Made by a program: the position numbers and the translations under genes. A stretch of 64,000 nucleotides of DNA. Origin: Nitrososphaeria archaeon. Its GTDB lineage: Archaea; Thermoproteota; Nitrososphaeria; Conexivisphaerales; DTJL01. Positions 36,250 to 44,121 of this stretch are shown here, piece after piece. The notes beneath the pieces were generated by a model. That model was not told the origin of the DNA. It made no database searches and saw only the letters and a program-made list of their open reading frames with translations. Positions within the stretch are counted from its first letter, which is position 1. The number at the start of each line of letters is the position of its first letter. The DNA is taken from the NCBI GenBank assembly GCA_029775965.1, contig JARVJU010000002.1:2578-66577 (forward strand). Reading direction: 5' to 3'.

Positions 36250-36930
36250 TTATTCAAGTGTCAGAGGTACAACTTCGTCATAGGCATATTGTATGAGGTC
36301 TGATTCGTTAGCTTGGCTAAATACTGTTACGACACAATTCCTTGTGAGACCAACGATAAAACCCTTTGTCTTCGATTGTACAACTATGTACCATAACCTG
36401 CCATGCTTAAGGTAGTCATGGTAAATATCTGTGTCAGCAAGAGCTGAGCCATACAACGCCATCTTCTCTATGTTTGGTATGTCTACTTGATCGAAGAATA
36501 TTATCCTTGCGTCCTCAAAGCTAGATTCATAGTATTTTTCCATTGTTTCCGGCTTTATCCTTGCTTCTACTATCGAGCCAGGTTTCATGAAAAGTATCCT
36601 ACTCATGTCATTTGCAAGCTCATTCGCTCTTCTTTTCTTTTCGAGTATTATCAGGAACATCTGATCATGAATTCTCCTGATGGCAAATGTAGCAGACAGA
36701 GTCCTCAAGATTGGCTTGAGCTCTTCTCTTTGTTTTACTGTTATCACCTCATCCTTGTTTATCCTTCCTGAGATAGAGTCCCCCTCAGCCCTGAGATCCC
36801 TTATTTCAGTAACAAGCATAAGATTTGTGTTTGATTCCTCTTCTTCAACTCTGAATCCCTCCAGCTTCTGAAATATCTGGTCTAGCGAAAGAGGTTCTGA
36901 AAGTCTAAAGATCTTTCCTGCTAGCACCAT
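36250..36930 (-). CDS. Conserved-looking cytosolic protein of unknown function
   Basis: 226-aa ORF with protein-like composition and no motif I can name. It is in the same frame as, and directly abutting, the phosphoesterase coding region. Confidence 0.5.
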   Translation of the reverse strand: MVLAGKIFRLSEPLSLDQIFQKLEGFRVEEEESNTNLMLVTEIRDLRAEGDSISGRINKDEVITVKQREELKPILRTLSATFAIRRIHDQMFLIILEKKRRANELANDMSRILFMKPGSIVEARIKPETMEKYYESSFEDARIIFFDQVDIPNIEKMALYGSALADTDIYHDYLKHGRLWYIVVQSKTKGFIVGLTRNCVVTVFSQANESDLIQYAYDEVVPLTLE

Positions 36931-36935
36931 GACAC

Positions 36936-37379
36936 CTATCCCCCCGCTGTTCCATTAATATGTCGTTGAGAATTTATAATTATAACAGCACCTCTAGCTA
37001 TTTCGACCAAAGGTATGATTAATACGATGAATAGAACTGGCAAAAGTTTAACCTCAAAAGTAACTTTGCCGAATGCAGGACTGAAAAATTTTAACAATAA
37101 CACCCCACTTGGAAATGCAAGAAACAAGATCAGAATGGATGCAATACCCCATAAAATATCACCAGCACCCCGTAGCCTATCGCCTTGCAATAAGGATGAG
37201 ATTATGAAAGTAAAACCAATTATTATGCCATACACAAGCATGTTGCTAAGACTATTAACCTGAGAGTAGATAGATAATTCTGGCAAAAAGTACTGCTGCA
37301 GCCCCCAGAAGATAACTATGCTTCCTATCCCCTTTGCGAAGCCGGAAACAACAATTTTATAATCTGTCATTAACATCAA
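36936..37379 (-). CDS. Small integral membrane protein (about 4 TM helices)
   Basis: 147 aa with four hydrophobic segments. It overlaps the upstream gene by 4 nt. Confidence 0.5.
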   Translation of the reverse strand: MMLMTDYKIVVSGFAKGIGSIVIFWGLQQYFLPELSIYSQVNSLSNMLVYGIIIGFTFIISSLLQGDRLRGAGDILWGIASILILFLAFPSGVLLLKFFSPAFGKVTFEVKLLPVLFIVLIIPLVEIARGAVIIINSQRHINGTAGG

Positions 37380-37861
37380 CTCGTCGAATTCATCTCATAT
37401 ATTGATGTTACCTTTGCCAGACCGAATATGTTTGAAGAAAGGACTACGTATACTATAGGTTCTTGGTTTTGCGAGTGCAGAGTGCTGATAATATCTGACG
37501 CACTAGGTAACAAAGTAATGTTTGCATATGCTTCACCCGACACCTGCTTCAGTGGTGGAAGCTGAAGTCTTATCACCGACTCTGAGGAGATATTGGTACC
37601 AGATGGAGATGCTATCCATACAGATATACTGAAGGGAGACAGGTAGAAAGTGCTGGGATTGATCACGTTATAACTTATCTTCATCTGGAACTGGTTCGGC
37701 TTGACTGACACAGGTACTACTGAATAAGCTGACAAAAAGAAAGGTCCTGCTATAGCGAGAAAGATAAGGCAAAACAGAGTAGAAGCTATAATTATCAAAC
37801 CTACCCTTGACATATTAAGAGCCTTTACGACGTTCAACTCCATATGTGTAAGGATACACAT
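37376..37861 (-). CDS. Membrane-anchored extracytoplasmic protein, unknown function
   Basis: 161 aa with one N-terminal TM helix (VGLIIIASTLFCLIFLAIAG), then a beta-rich Ser/Asn-rich domain carrying sequons (NPS, NIS, NIT, NST). Confidence 0.45.
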   Translation of the reverse strand: MCILTHMELNVVKALNMSRVGLIIIASTLFCLIFLAIAGPFFLSAYSVVPVSVKPNQFQMKISYNVINPSTFYLSPFSISVWIASPSGTNISSESVIRLQLPPLKQVSGEAYANITLLPSASDIISTLHSQNQEPIVYVVLSSNIFGLAKVTSIYEMNSTS

Positions 37862-37926
37862 GTTATAAGCTGTATATAACAGTGCAAAGTATACTGATGT
37901 CGTTGCTAGCTGGAGATTCTATCGTT

Positions 37927-38844
37927 TTAAAAAAGTCTTGGGAAAAAGAAGGATATAGCATATGATAAAAGGAGCGTAAATACAAAGAAGAAAGGCCAGC
38001 TCCCTAATATCTCGAATATTATCCTCGAGTTCACAACAGAAGGCTTTCTAATCATAGATAGAGAAAGAATTGAAGCCACCACAGTCTGTGTAAGGCTGGC
38101 AGGGATACCGAATTGAGTATAAAACCACAGAGTGAGGGAGCCTGAGAGCAGAGCAGAATAATATGCCGCAGGGCTTAACACAGCAACCCTGTAGCCAAGC
38201 GTAGATGCAACAAAGCTACTAAAAAGTATCGACCCAAGCACTGCGGCAAAAAGGATAGCGAAGTCAGAAGTTACACCCGAGCTGAATCCTATCAGTAGTC
38301 CGAGGTTATTTGCTGAAAGGCTGTATGAGGTGAATAGCACTGTACCTATACCATACATTCTGTTTAACCTTGCAACCTGCAAGAAAGATAGCTTGGAGAT
38401 GGCAAGAACATATGTATTGTAGATGATTACACCAAGAACCGCTGAAGTAACAGGAGCTATGACCCAAGCCAAAAGTATAGAGTAGACATCTGAGTATGAT
38501 ATCCTAAGGCCGAAGAAAATGGCTGGACCCAAGATGGCTCCCAGAGCTACGTTTGATATACTCGCAGGAAGCCTTAATATAGTGAAGGCTACCATGACTG
38601 ATAAAGTTACGAATAAAGAAATAAGGGCTGCATCCTGATTCAAAGATACAAGTCTGATTGCTATATTCGACCCTACCTTATAGCCTTCCAGCAGATAGCC
38701 AGATATAAAGCCAATAATAACAAGTGCCATGTAGATCCAGTATGGTTTTCCAGCAATTGTACTGAAGCTTGATCTAATCATTCCTATGTTGTTTGCTGCG
38801 AAGACGAAGGAAGTAGATGTTAAAAGAAGCAATATGTATATCAT
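37927..38844 (-). CDS. PiT-family (PHO4) inorganic ion transporter, divergent signature
   Basis: Polytopic 305-aa protein overlapping a DUF47/PhoU-like gene, which is the classic pairing. Its two internal signature repeats read FAANNIG and LSANNLG where I expect GANDVAN-like motifs. Confidence 0.6.
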   Translation of the reverse strand: MIYILLLLTSTSFVFAANNIGMIRSSFSTIAGKPYWIYMALVIIGFISGYLLEGYKVGSNIAIRLVSLNQDAALISLFVTLSVMVAFTILRLPASISNVALGAILGPAIFFGLRISYSDVYSILLAWVIAPVTSAVLGVIIYNTYVLAISKLSFLQVARLNRMYGIGTVLFTSYSLSANNLGLLIGFSSGVTSDFAILFAAVLGSILFSSFVASTLGYRVAVLSPAAYYSALLSGSLTLWFYTQFGIPASLTQTVVASILSLSMIRKPSVVNSRIIFEILGSWPFFFVFTLLLSYAISFFFPRLF

Positions 38845-39509
38845 GCATAGCCCTTCGCTAGTAATACGTAGAGTATATCCCCAGCATCTTCCGAATTATC
38901 TCCTATATTGTCAGCTGTTATAATGAAGTCCTTAAGCTGAAGGATACTTAGTACTGGAAGTTGAAGTTCGTAGACCTGCTCCATCAACTCATTTTTTATT
39001 TCGTCTGCAGCCTCTTCATACTGTTCAGTCTCCATAGCTCTCTTCATTATTTCTTTTCTGTCATGTTTTAGAGCCTCTATAGCGATCTTCAGAGAGACTG
39101 CAGCTTTTGTCAGTGTTATAAGATAGTTAAGAAGCAACTCCAGAATCGGGGATATTTCTTTCCCGTTGATCTTTCTGTATATGAGTATTCTTGCAGCATC
39201 CTTTGCGCTGTCAGCAACTCCGTCTATCTTCTCTGCAAGGTTCATAAGGTCTACACCCAGCCCAGAGAAGAAGACTCCTGTGCTGAGTTCTTCTACTATA
39301 TCTTTATGCACTTCATCGGCAGTAGATTCGACCCTATCTATTTCTAGATAAATATCCCTTGCATGTTGCCAGTTATCAGCTGCAATTTCTGATACTAGTG
39401 TTTGAAGTTTCTCTGATGCCTTGACTGAAAGCTGTGCATGCGTCTTAAGAGACTCTATGATGCTCTTCTCGCTGCTTGAAAAGCCTCCGAATATATGCAG
39501 ATATGACAC
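38841..39509 (-). CDS. DUF47 / PhoU-like phosphate transport regulator (Pit accessory protein)
   Basis: 222-aa all-helical protein (HKDIVEELS...DGVADSAKDAARIL...ADNIGDNSEDAGD). It has the conserved genomic pairing with a PiT transporter. Confidence 0.65.
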   Translation of the reverse strand: MSYLHIFGGFSSSEKSIIESLKTHAQLSVKASEKLQTLVSEIAADNWQHARDIYLEIDRVESTADEVHKDIVEELSTGVFFSGLGVDLMNLAEKIDGVADSAKDAARILIYRKINGKEISPILELLLNYLITLTKAAVSLKIAIEALKHDRKEIMKRAMETEQYEEAADEIKNELMEQVYELQLPVLSILQLKDFIITADNIGDNSEDAGDILYVLLAKGYA

Positions 39510-39547
39510 CTTTTCTTAGCAGCCTAGACGCAATGATATTAAGTTTC

Positions 39548-39829
39548 TTAAAGCCTTAGGCCGTATGCCTTTGCAAATCTTTCAAATCTTTCAAAATTCT
39601 CAAGAAACTCAAGTCCCTTTGGGCCAAGCTTGTACAATGAACCTCTTTCTGCTGGTATCTTTAACAAAAGCTGGTTTGAAACCATTCTTTCTGTTATATC
39701 CACAAGCCTAGAATAAGGGATGTTCGCTTTTCTAAGTAAAGATGATATTCTTGCTCCTCCTACATGATCTTCTTCCTTGACAGCTTTAAGAAGATCAGCA
39801 ACTATTGTAATCTGAGTTCTATGGGTCAA
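39548..39829 (-). CDS. Small winged-helix DNA-binding protein
   Basis: 93 aa (ISSLLRKANIPYSRLVDITERMVSNQLL...SLYKLGPKGLEFLENF) with the archaeal standalone wHTH pattern. It overlaps the upstream membrane-protein gene by 4 nt. Confidence 0.6.
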   Translation of the reverse strand: MTHRTQITIVADLLKAVKEEDHVGGARISSLLRKANIPYSRLVDITERMVSNQLLLKIPAERGSLYKLGPKGLEFLENFERFERFAKAYGLRL

Positions 39830-40458
39830 TTGCCCCTCCCTCCGGCAAACATCAGCACAGGACCGGCGAGAACTGCATAGCCTAGGAGACTCGTTATATC
39901 GATGAAGAGTGTACCTGTTGTAAAACCAGACAGGAATAGTCTTGAGTAGACAGATACTGTAAGGAGGAAGAATCCTACCACAGGGAGCAGTTGCATCTTT
40001 GCTCTTTCTTTGTAAAAGGATATGATTGTTTCAGCTAGTATGTAAAGAAGAAGGAAAAAAGCTACTGAATCTGCAACAGCCTCAAAAGTGCTTAGGAAAG
40101 GATGAGTTATTTGGATTTCAAGAAAAGGTGAAGCTATGAACAGGACAGAAGTTCTTCTTACTGTATAAAAATGGGAGAGTGCAAGAAGAAAAAAACCTAT
40201 CGTCTGCAACGTAGAGCCGGATACGAGTAGTGTCTGTGCTTCTAATGGGGCAAGAAATAGAGAGAGGATCTGAAGGGCTATACCTATACCTATCGACAGA
40301 AATCCCCAAGCAACGTAGGCAAGAGTTCTTGAATGCAGGAATCGCCATCCCCTGTATGAAAAAAGTGCTATTGCCAGAACAACTAGTAGCTGAACAGAAA
40401 AGATCAAACCCTGCATAGTCAGGGGAGACAACACTTTCCCTAAGGACAATGTAGACAT
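39826..40458 (-). CDS. Integral membrane protein (about 6 TM helices), unknown function
   Basis: 210-aa hydrophobic ORF translationally coupled to the wHTH gene. Confidence 0.5.
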   Translation of the reverse strand: MSTLSLGKVLSPLTMQGLIFSVQLLVVLAIALFSYRGWRFLHSRTLAYVAWGFLSIGIGIALQILSLFLAPLEAQTLLVSGSTLQTIGFFLLALSHFYTVRRTSVLFIASPFLEIQITHPFLSTFEAVADSVAFFLLLYILAETIISFYKERAKMQLLPVVGFFLLTVSVYSRLFLSGFTTGTLFIDITSLLGYAVLAGPVLMFAGGRGN

Positions 40459-40487
40459 TATAAAAGCTTAAAGATTTTCTCCGAAGC

Positions 40488-40800
40488 GAATAAGCTGTAT
40501 CTTAGGGTTCTGGTGCATTAGTGCTTGATGGAGTTTGAGTATTAAGATACCCATCACATAACCATCTCTCAACTGCTGAGCCATAGGAATGCAGAATATT
40601 TATCTAATCTCTCAAGAAGACCCCGTCCGCAAGGGCGGGGTAGTTCACTGCAGCATTCACATCCCTATTTAAATGAACTCACAGTTGAGGCATCCCTCTT
40701 CGGCTAAGGTACATGCACAAAGAGCATCAGATAGGTATAACCCCAGCTGAGCCAAAATCCCTTGATAATGAGTCCAGATCGTACAACACACCACTATCTT
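40488..40800 (+). ncRNA. Candidate ~300-nt structured RNA, class unknown
   Basis: A canonical TATAAAA at 40459-65 would place a plus-strand start near 40488. There is a 12-bp long-range helix, CTCAACTG(C)TGAG 40568-80 with CTCACAGTTGAG 40678-89. It encloses the 8-bp GNRA-capped hairpin CCCCGTCC-GCAA-GGGCGGGG (40621-40) and further helices (TGATGG/CCATCA, AGTTCA/TGAACT). SUI1 has its own TATA at 40808-15. Confidence 0.3.
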
Positions 40801-40846
40801 AGATACATTTATAAAGATAAATTTCGACAAGATATGCAGGTTAAAA

Positions 40847-41155
40847 GTGGCTGAAGTTTGTCCTGTATGTGGCCTCCCTAAGGAACTCTGCGTCTGTCAA
40901 GAACTTGAGCGTCAACAGGCAAGGATAGTTGTCAGGCTAGAGATGAGAAAATTCAAAAAACCTACCACTCTGATCGAGGGAATAGATTCGAAACGCATAG
41001 ATCAGCAAGAACTTGCAAGGACTATGAAAAGAAAACTGGCATGTGGAGGCTCTGCAAAGGATGGGACTATAGTGCTGCAGGGTGACCAGAGGCAAAGAGC
41101 TAGAGAGATACTTATAGCGCAGGGATTTGATGGTTCAAGCATAGAGGTTCAGTGA
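40847..41155 (+). CDS. sui1: Translation initiation factor aSUI1 (eIF1 homolog)
   Basis: 102 aa with the N-terminal Cys motif CPVCGLPKELCVC and a SUI1 fold region (TLIEGI...KLACGGSAKDGTIVLQGD). GTG start. Confidence 0.85.
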   Translation: MAEVCPVCGLPKELCVCQELERQQARIVVRLEMRKFKKPTTLIEGIDSKRIDQQELARTMKRKLACGGSAKDGTIVLQGDQRQRAREILIAQGFDGSSIEVQ

Positions 41156-41156
41156 C

Positions 41157-41327
41157 ATGGATAATGATGTAAAGATTAAGAGAAAGCTCTTCTCCACGAA
41201 GCTATGCCCAAGGTGCCTATCTCCTCTAAAGATGGCAACACCTCTAGCAGGATGGGTTACACCTGCGGAGTACTATTGTGAGAAGTGTGGCTACAGGGGA
41301 TACATAGCGCTTGAAAAGGCAGAGTAA
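41157..41327 (+). CDS. Small zinc-ribbon protein (56 aa), not in the ORF track
   Basis: My translation reads MDNDVKIKRKLFSTKLCPRCLSPLKMATPLAGWVTPAEYYCEKCGYRGYIALEKAE*, with a CPRC...CEKC motif. It starts 1 nt after the SUI1 stop and ends 3 nt before the next gene. Confidence 0.55.
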   Translation: MDNDVKIKRKLFSTKLCPRCLSPLKMATPLAGWVTPAEYYCEKCGYRGYIALEKAE

Positions 41328-41330
41328 GAA

Positions 41331-42371
41331 TTGCTTAAGGAAAAGCGTAGATTTGAAGATATGCTTCTTTATTCTGTAGCTGCAGTGTCAGTCATAGTTC
41401 TAGCCTTCATGTTTGCCTCCTTCGCTCTAGGTGCATACGCCTTTACAAGTCCGATGCTAGGGGGCACATCTGTAAGACAAACAACGCAGTATTTCCCTAT
41501 CTTCGCATTTGGAATAGCAGTGCCTATTTTTTTCCCTTTTCCTCTTACCATAGGTGAAATCTTTGTTGCAGTCTGGGCCATCTACCTTACCTTCTTCGTT
41601 ATTCTTTTGATGGGACCATGGTCTGGCCTGCTAAACTCATTAAAGAAAATAAAACAGGATAGGACGCTTGCCATCTATTCGAACGGCGCTCTGACAGTAG
41701 CTGTGGCCTTCCCCGCAATGCTTATGCTTGCAGCTGCAATAGAGTTTCTTCTGAACTCAGTTGGTATACCAGTTGGTTCTTTGCCACAACAGGATCCAAG
41801 AGGTTTCTTCTATCAGCTGAGTATAGCCCCTCTGATCGAAGAATTCGGTTTCAGACTCTGCTTTGTTGGTCTTGCCGCCTTTCTTATCTCCTGGGGAGTG
41901 ACGAAAAGCTATCATTCCCTTAGAGCTTTCTGGCATCCTTCAAATGCACTTTCGGAGGCTGGAATTCAGACTTGGAGACAGGCGCCATTGTACCTGTCTA
42001 TTGCGCTTAGCGCTTTGATTTTTGGTTTTGCGCATTACCTGTACGGTGGAGGCTGGGAAGTAGGGAAGATAGTAAGCGCGACCGTAGTTGGGCTATTTCT
42101 TGCAATTATCTATTATACTCATGGTTTTCCTGCTGCAGTAATATCCCACTGGGGATTTGATTATTTCCAAGCGGCATTCCTTTATTTTGATGACGTCAGG
42201 GGCTTGCCTGATATAAGTAATGTTTCTAACTTTTCTCAAGCATTGTTGTACAGCCAGACATACGAGACATATCTTATGGTATTCAGCGCCTTTGTTATCT
42301 ATGCGTACTTCATTTACACTATAATACAAGGCAGGCTGCATAACCGCAGTGCATTTAAGCACAGGGAATAA
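41331..42371 (+). CDS. CPBP-family intramembrane glutamic endopeptidase (CAAX protease/Abi-like)
   Basis: Motif 1 PLIEEFGFR (EExxxR), motif 2 FGFAHYLYGG (FxxxH), motif 3 SHWGFDY (HxxxD/N). Multiple TM helices. Confidence 0.8.
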   Translation: MLKEKRRFEDMLLYSVAAVSVIVLAFMFASFALGAYAFTSPMLGGTSVRQTTQYFPIFAFGIAVPIFFPFPLTIGEIFVAVWAIYLTFFVILLMGPWSGLLNSLKKIKQDRTLAIYSNGALTVAVAFPAMLMLAAAIEFLLNSVGIPVGSLPQQDPRGFFYQLSIAPLIEEFGFRLCFVGLAAFLISWGVTKSYHSLRAFWHPSNALSEAGIQTWRQAPLYLSIALSALIFGFAHYLYGGGWEVGKIVSATVVGLFLAIIYYTHGFPAAVISHWGFDYFQAAFLYFDDVRGLPDISNVSNFSQALLYSQTYETYLMVFSAFVIYAYFIYTIIQGRLHNRSAFKHRE

Positions 42372-42391
42372 TCAGCTGTGGGCGATATAGA

Positions 42392-42928
42392 TTGGCTATA
42401 ATGGGAAAGAGCGAGTTCTTGTCTCTACAGGAGCAGTACGAGATAATAGATCCCTTTGACCCGTCTCTTATGGACGGAGATGGATATGTTCTGACTGTAC
42501 GTGATGATGTTGTTATAAATTATTTGGAACATATAAATCTCATATCCAAAGAGATAGTCTTTGTCCCTCCATCCTTCGTAGCTCATTTAACTGCGAAGAG
42601 TGTCTTTGGAAGGAAGGGTCTTTCGTTTCTCAATTCTGCAAAAGTGCATAGCGGTTATGTTGGTAGGTTAGCGCTCGAGGTAGTCAATCTAAATAACAGT
42701 AGGAGACCTATATCCATAAGAAAGAGTGATCCGTTTATGCATTTTGAGCTCGTAGAGAGAGAAGGAGATCCAGCCCCATATCATGGAAAGTACATGTTTC
42801 AGTTCATGTCAGATAACGAAGTTTCTAAATACATGAATATAATAGAAAAGAATTTTTCTCAGATTTATCCGCTTGCAGAATTAAGGGAAATTTCCAGATC
42901 CAGACTTCTTGTGTCCGAAGAACCATGA
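42392..42928 (+). CDS. dCTP deaminase/dUTPase-superfamily paralog (divergent)
   Basis: KVHSGYVGRLALEVVNL matches the family signature. The N-terminus is atypical compared with the copy at 25774-26253. Confidence 0.55.
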   Translation: MAIMGKSEFLSLQEQYEIIDPFDPSLMDGDGYVLTVRDDVVINYLEHINLISKEIVFVPPSFVAHLTAKSVFGRKGLSFLNSAKVHSGYVGRLALEVVNLNNSRRPISIRKSDPFMHFELVEREGDPAPYHGKYMFQFMSDNEVSKYMNIIEKNFSQIYPLAELREISRSRLLVSEEP

Positions 42929-43894
42929 TCAGGCTGTTTCTACAGGCTCCTGAATTTTAAGAGCTGTCTTTAAGCCCTTGTATCTGTTTCTTATTGTTAC
43001 CTCAGTTACGCCTGCAGCTTCAGCTATATCCTTCTGTGTCTTATTCTCTCCCTCAAGGACGCATGCTACATAAAGTGCAGCCGCAGCTAACCCCATTGGG
43101 TCTTTACCAGCGCTACTGCGTGATTCTATGGCTCTCTTAAGTATATCAACAGCCTTCCTCTTTGTCTTTTCGCCCAATCCGGCTTTGCTTGCTATCCTTG
43201 ATATGTTCTTGACCGGGTCCATTATTGGCATCTTTATATCCAGCTCTCTCAGCAATAATCTATAGCATCTAGCTATATCCTTCTTTTTTACACTACTGGC
43301 AGCTGTCACATCTTTCAGCGTTCTCGGTGTTTCTGTAGCTCTGCATGCGGCATATACAGAAGCGGCTATCAGTGCACTTATGCTTCTTCCCCTTACCAAG
43401 CCTCTCTCGAGGGCCTTCCTGTAGATATACGCTGCTCTTTCAACCACTACATCTGATATGCTTAGCTTGTCGGCAAGCCTATCAAGCTCACTGAATGCCT
43501 GTCTCAGGTTCCTGTCTACGGGCTCATGCACCTGGCTTCTTCCATCCCATGTCCTTAGCCTGTCCATTGCTGTTCTGACGCTTGATGAGAGAGTTTTACC
43601 AGATGCGTCCCTATCCTCAGGACCTATAACAGTAGCCAGCCCCATGTCATGCATTGCAAGCGACACAGGTATCCCTGTTCTGCTTCTGTCATCCTTTTCT
43701 TCTTTTGAAAATGCTCTCCACTCTGGCCCTGTCTCTTCTATCCTTTCTTTTATTACGAATCCGCAGTAACCGCATACCATCTCCCCGCTTGCAGGGTCTA
43801 CTACCATGGGTCCCCTGCCACACCTAGGGCATCTTTCAGATGTTGTAGCGCTATCAGGATTATAGCTGTCTTTTCGAGAAATCATATTCAACAC
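42929..43894 (-). CDS. tfb: Transcription initiation factor TFB (TFIIB homolog)
   Basis: N-terminal zinc ribbon CPRCGRG...CGYCG, B-finger/linker GPEWRAF, and two cyclin repeats (RGRSISALIAASVYAACR; GKDPMGLAAAALYVAC). Confidence 0.95.
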   Translation of the reverse strand: MLNMISRKDSYNPDSATTSERCPRCGRGPMVVDPASGEMVCGYCGFVIKERIEETGPEWRAFSKEEKDDRSRTGIPVSLAMHDMGLATVIGPEDRDASGKTLSSSVRTAMDRLRTWDGRSQVHEPVDRNLRQAFSELDRLADKLSISDVVVERAAYIYRKALERGLVRGRSISALIAASVYAACRATETPRTLKDVTAASSVKKKDIARCYRLLLRELDIKMPIMDPVKNISRIASKAGLGEKTKRKAVDILKRAIESRSSAGKDPMGLAAAALYVACVLEGENKTQKDIAEAAGVTEVTIRNRYKGLKTALKIQEPVETA

Positions 43895-44121
43895 AGGAAA
43901 ACTTTCCTAACATATAACTTATAAAAGCCCTATTTAAACTTTGCTCAAAGTCGGTTGCACTCGAGCTATCATCAGAATAAGGTTCAGAAGCCTATTGAAC
44001 CTTACCTTTTCCTTATCCAATAATTTACATTGCTTTCAATGATACAGAGAGCAAAATGTAGTTACCCATCTTCTTAAATCTTATCAGAATAAATCCCTTC
44101 GTAATGTTTTTTGATATGCAT

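Noticed and set aside
40488-40800. Identification of the 40.5-kb element as SRP RNA or RNase P RNA.
   Set aside because: Neither strand contains the universal motifs I remember (GAGGAAAGUCC and ACAGAA..GGCUUA for RNase P; the GGAA/AGCA helix-8 signature for SRP). I report it only as an unclassified candidate.
40498-40802. 8-bp direct repeats TATCTTAG (40498-505 and 40795-802) flanking the 40.5-kb structured region, considered as the target-site duplication of a MITE.
   Set aside because: The sequences just inside the repeats are not inverted repeats of each other, and I found no second copy of the element in the window.
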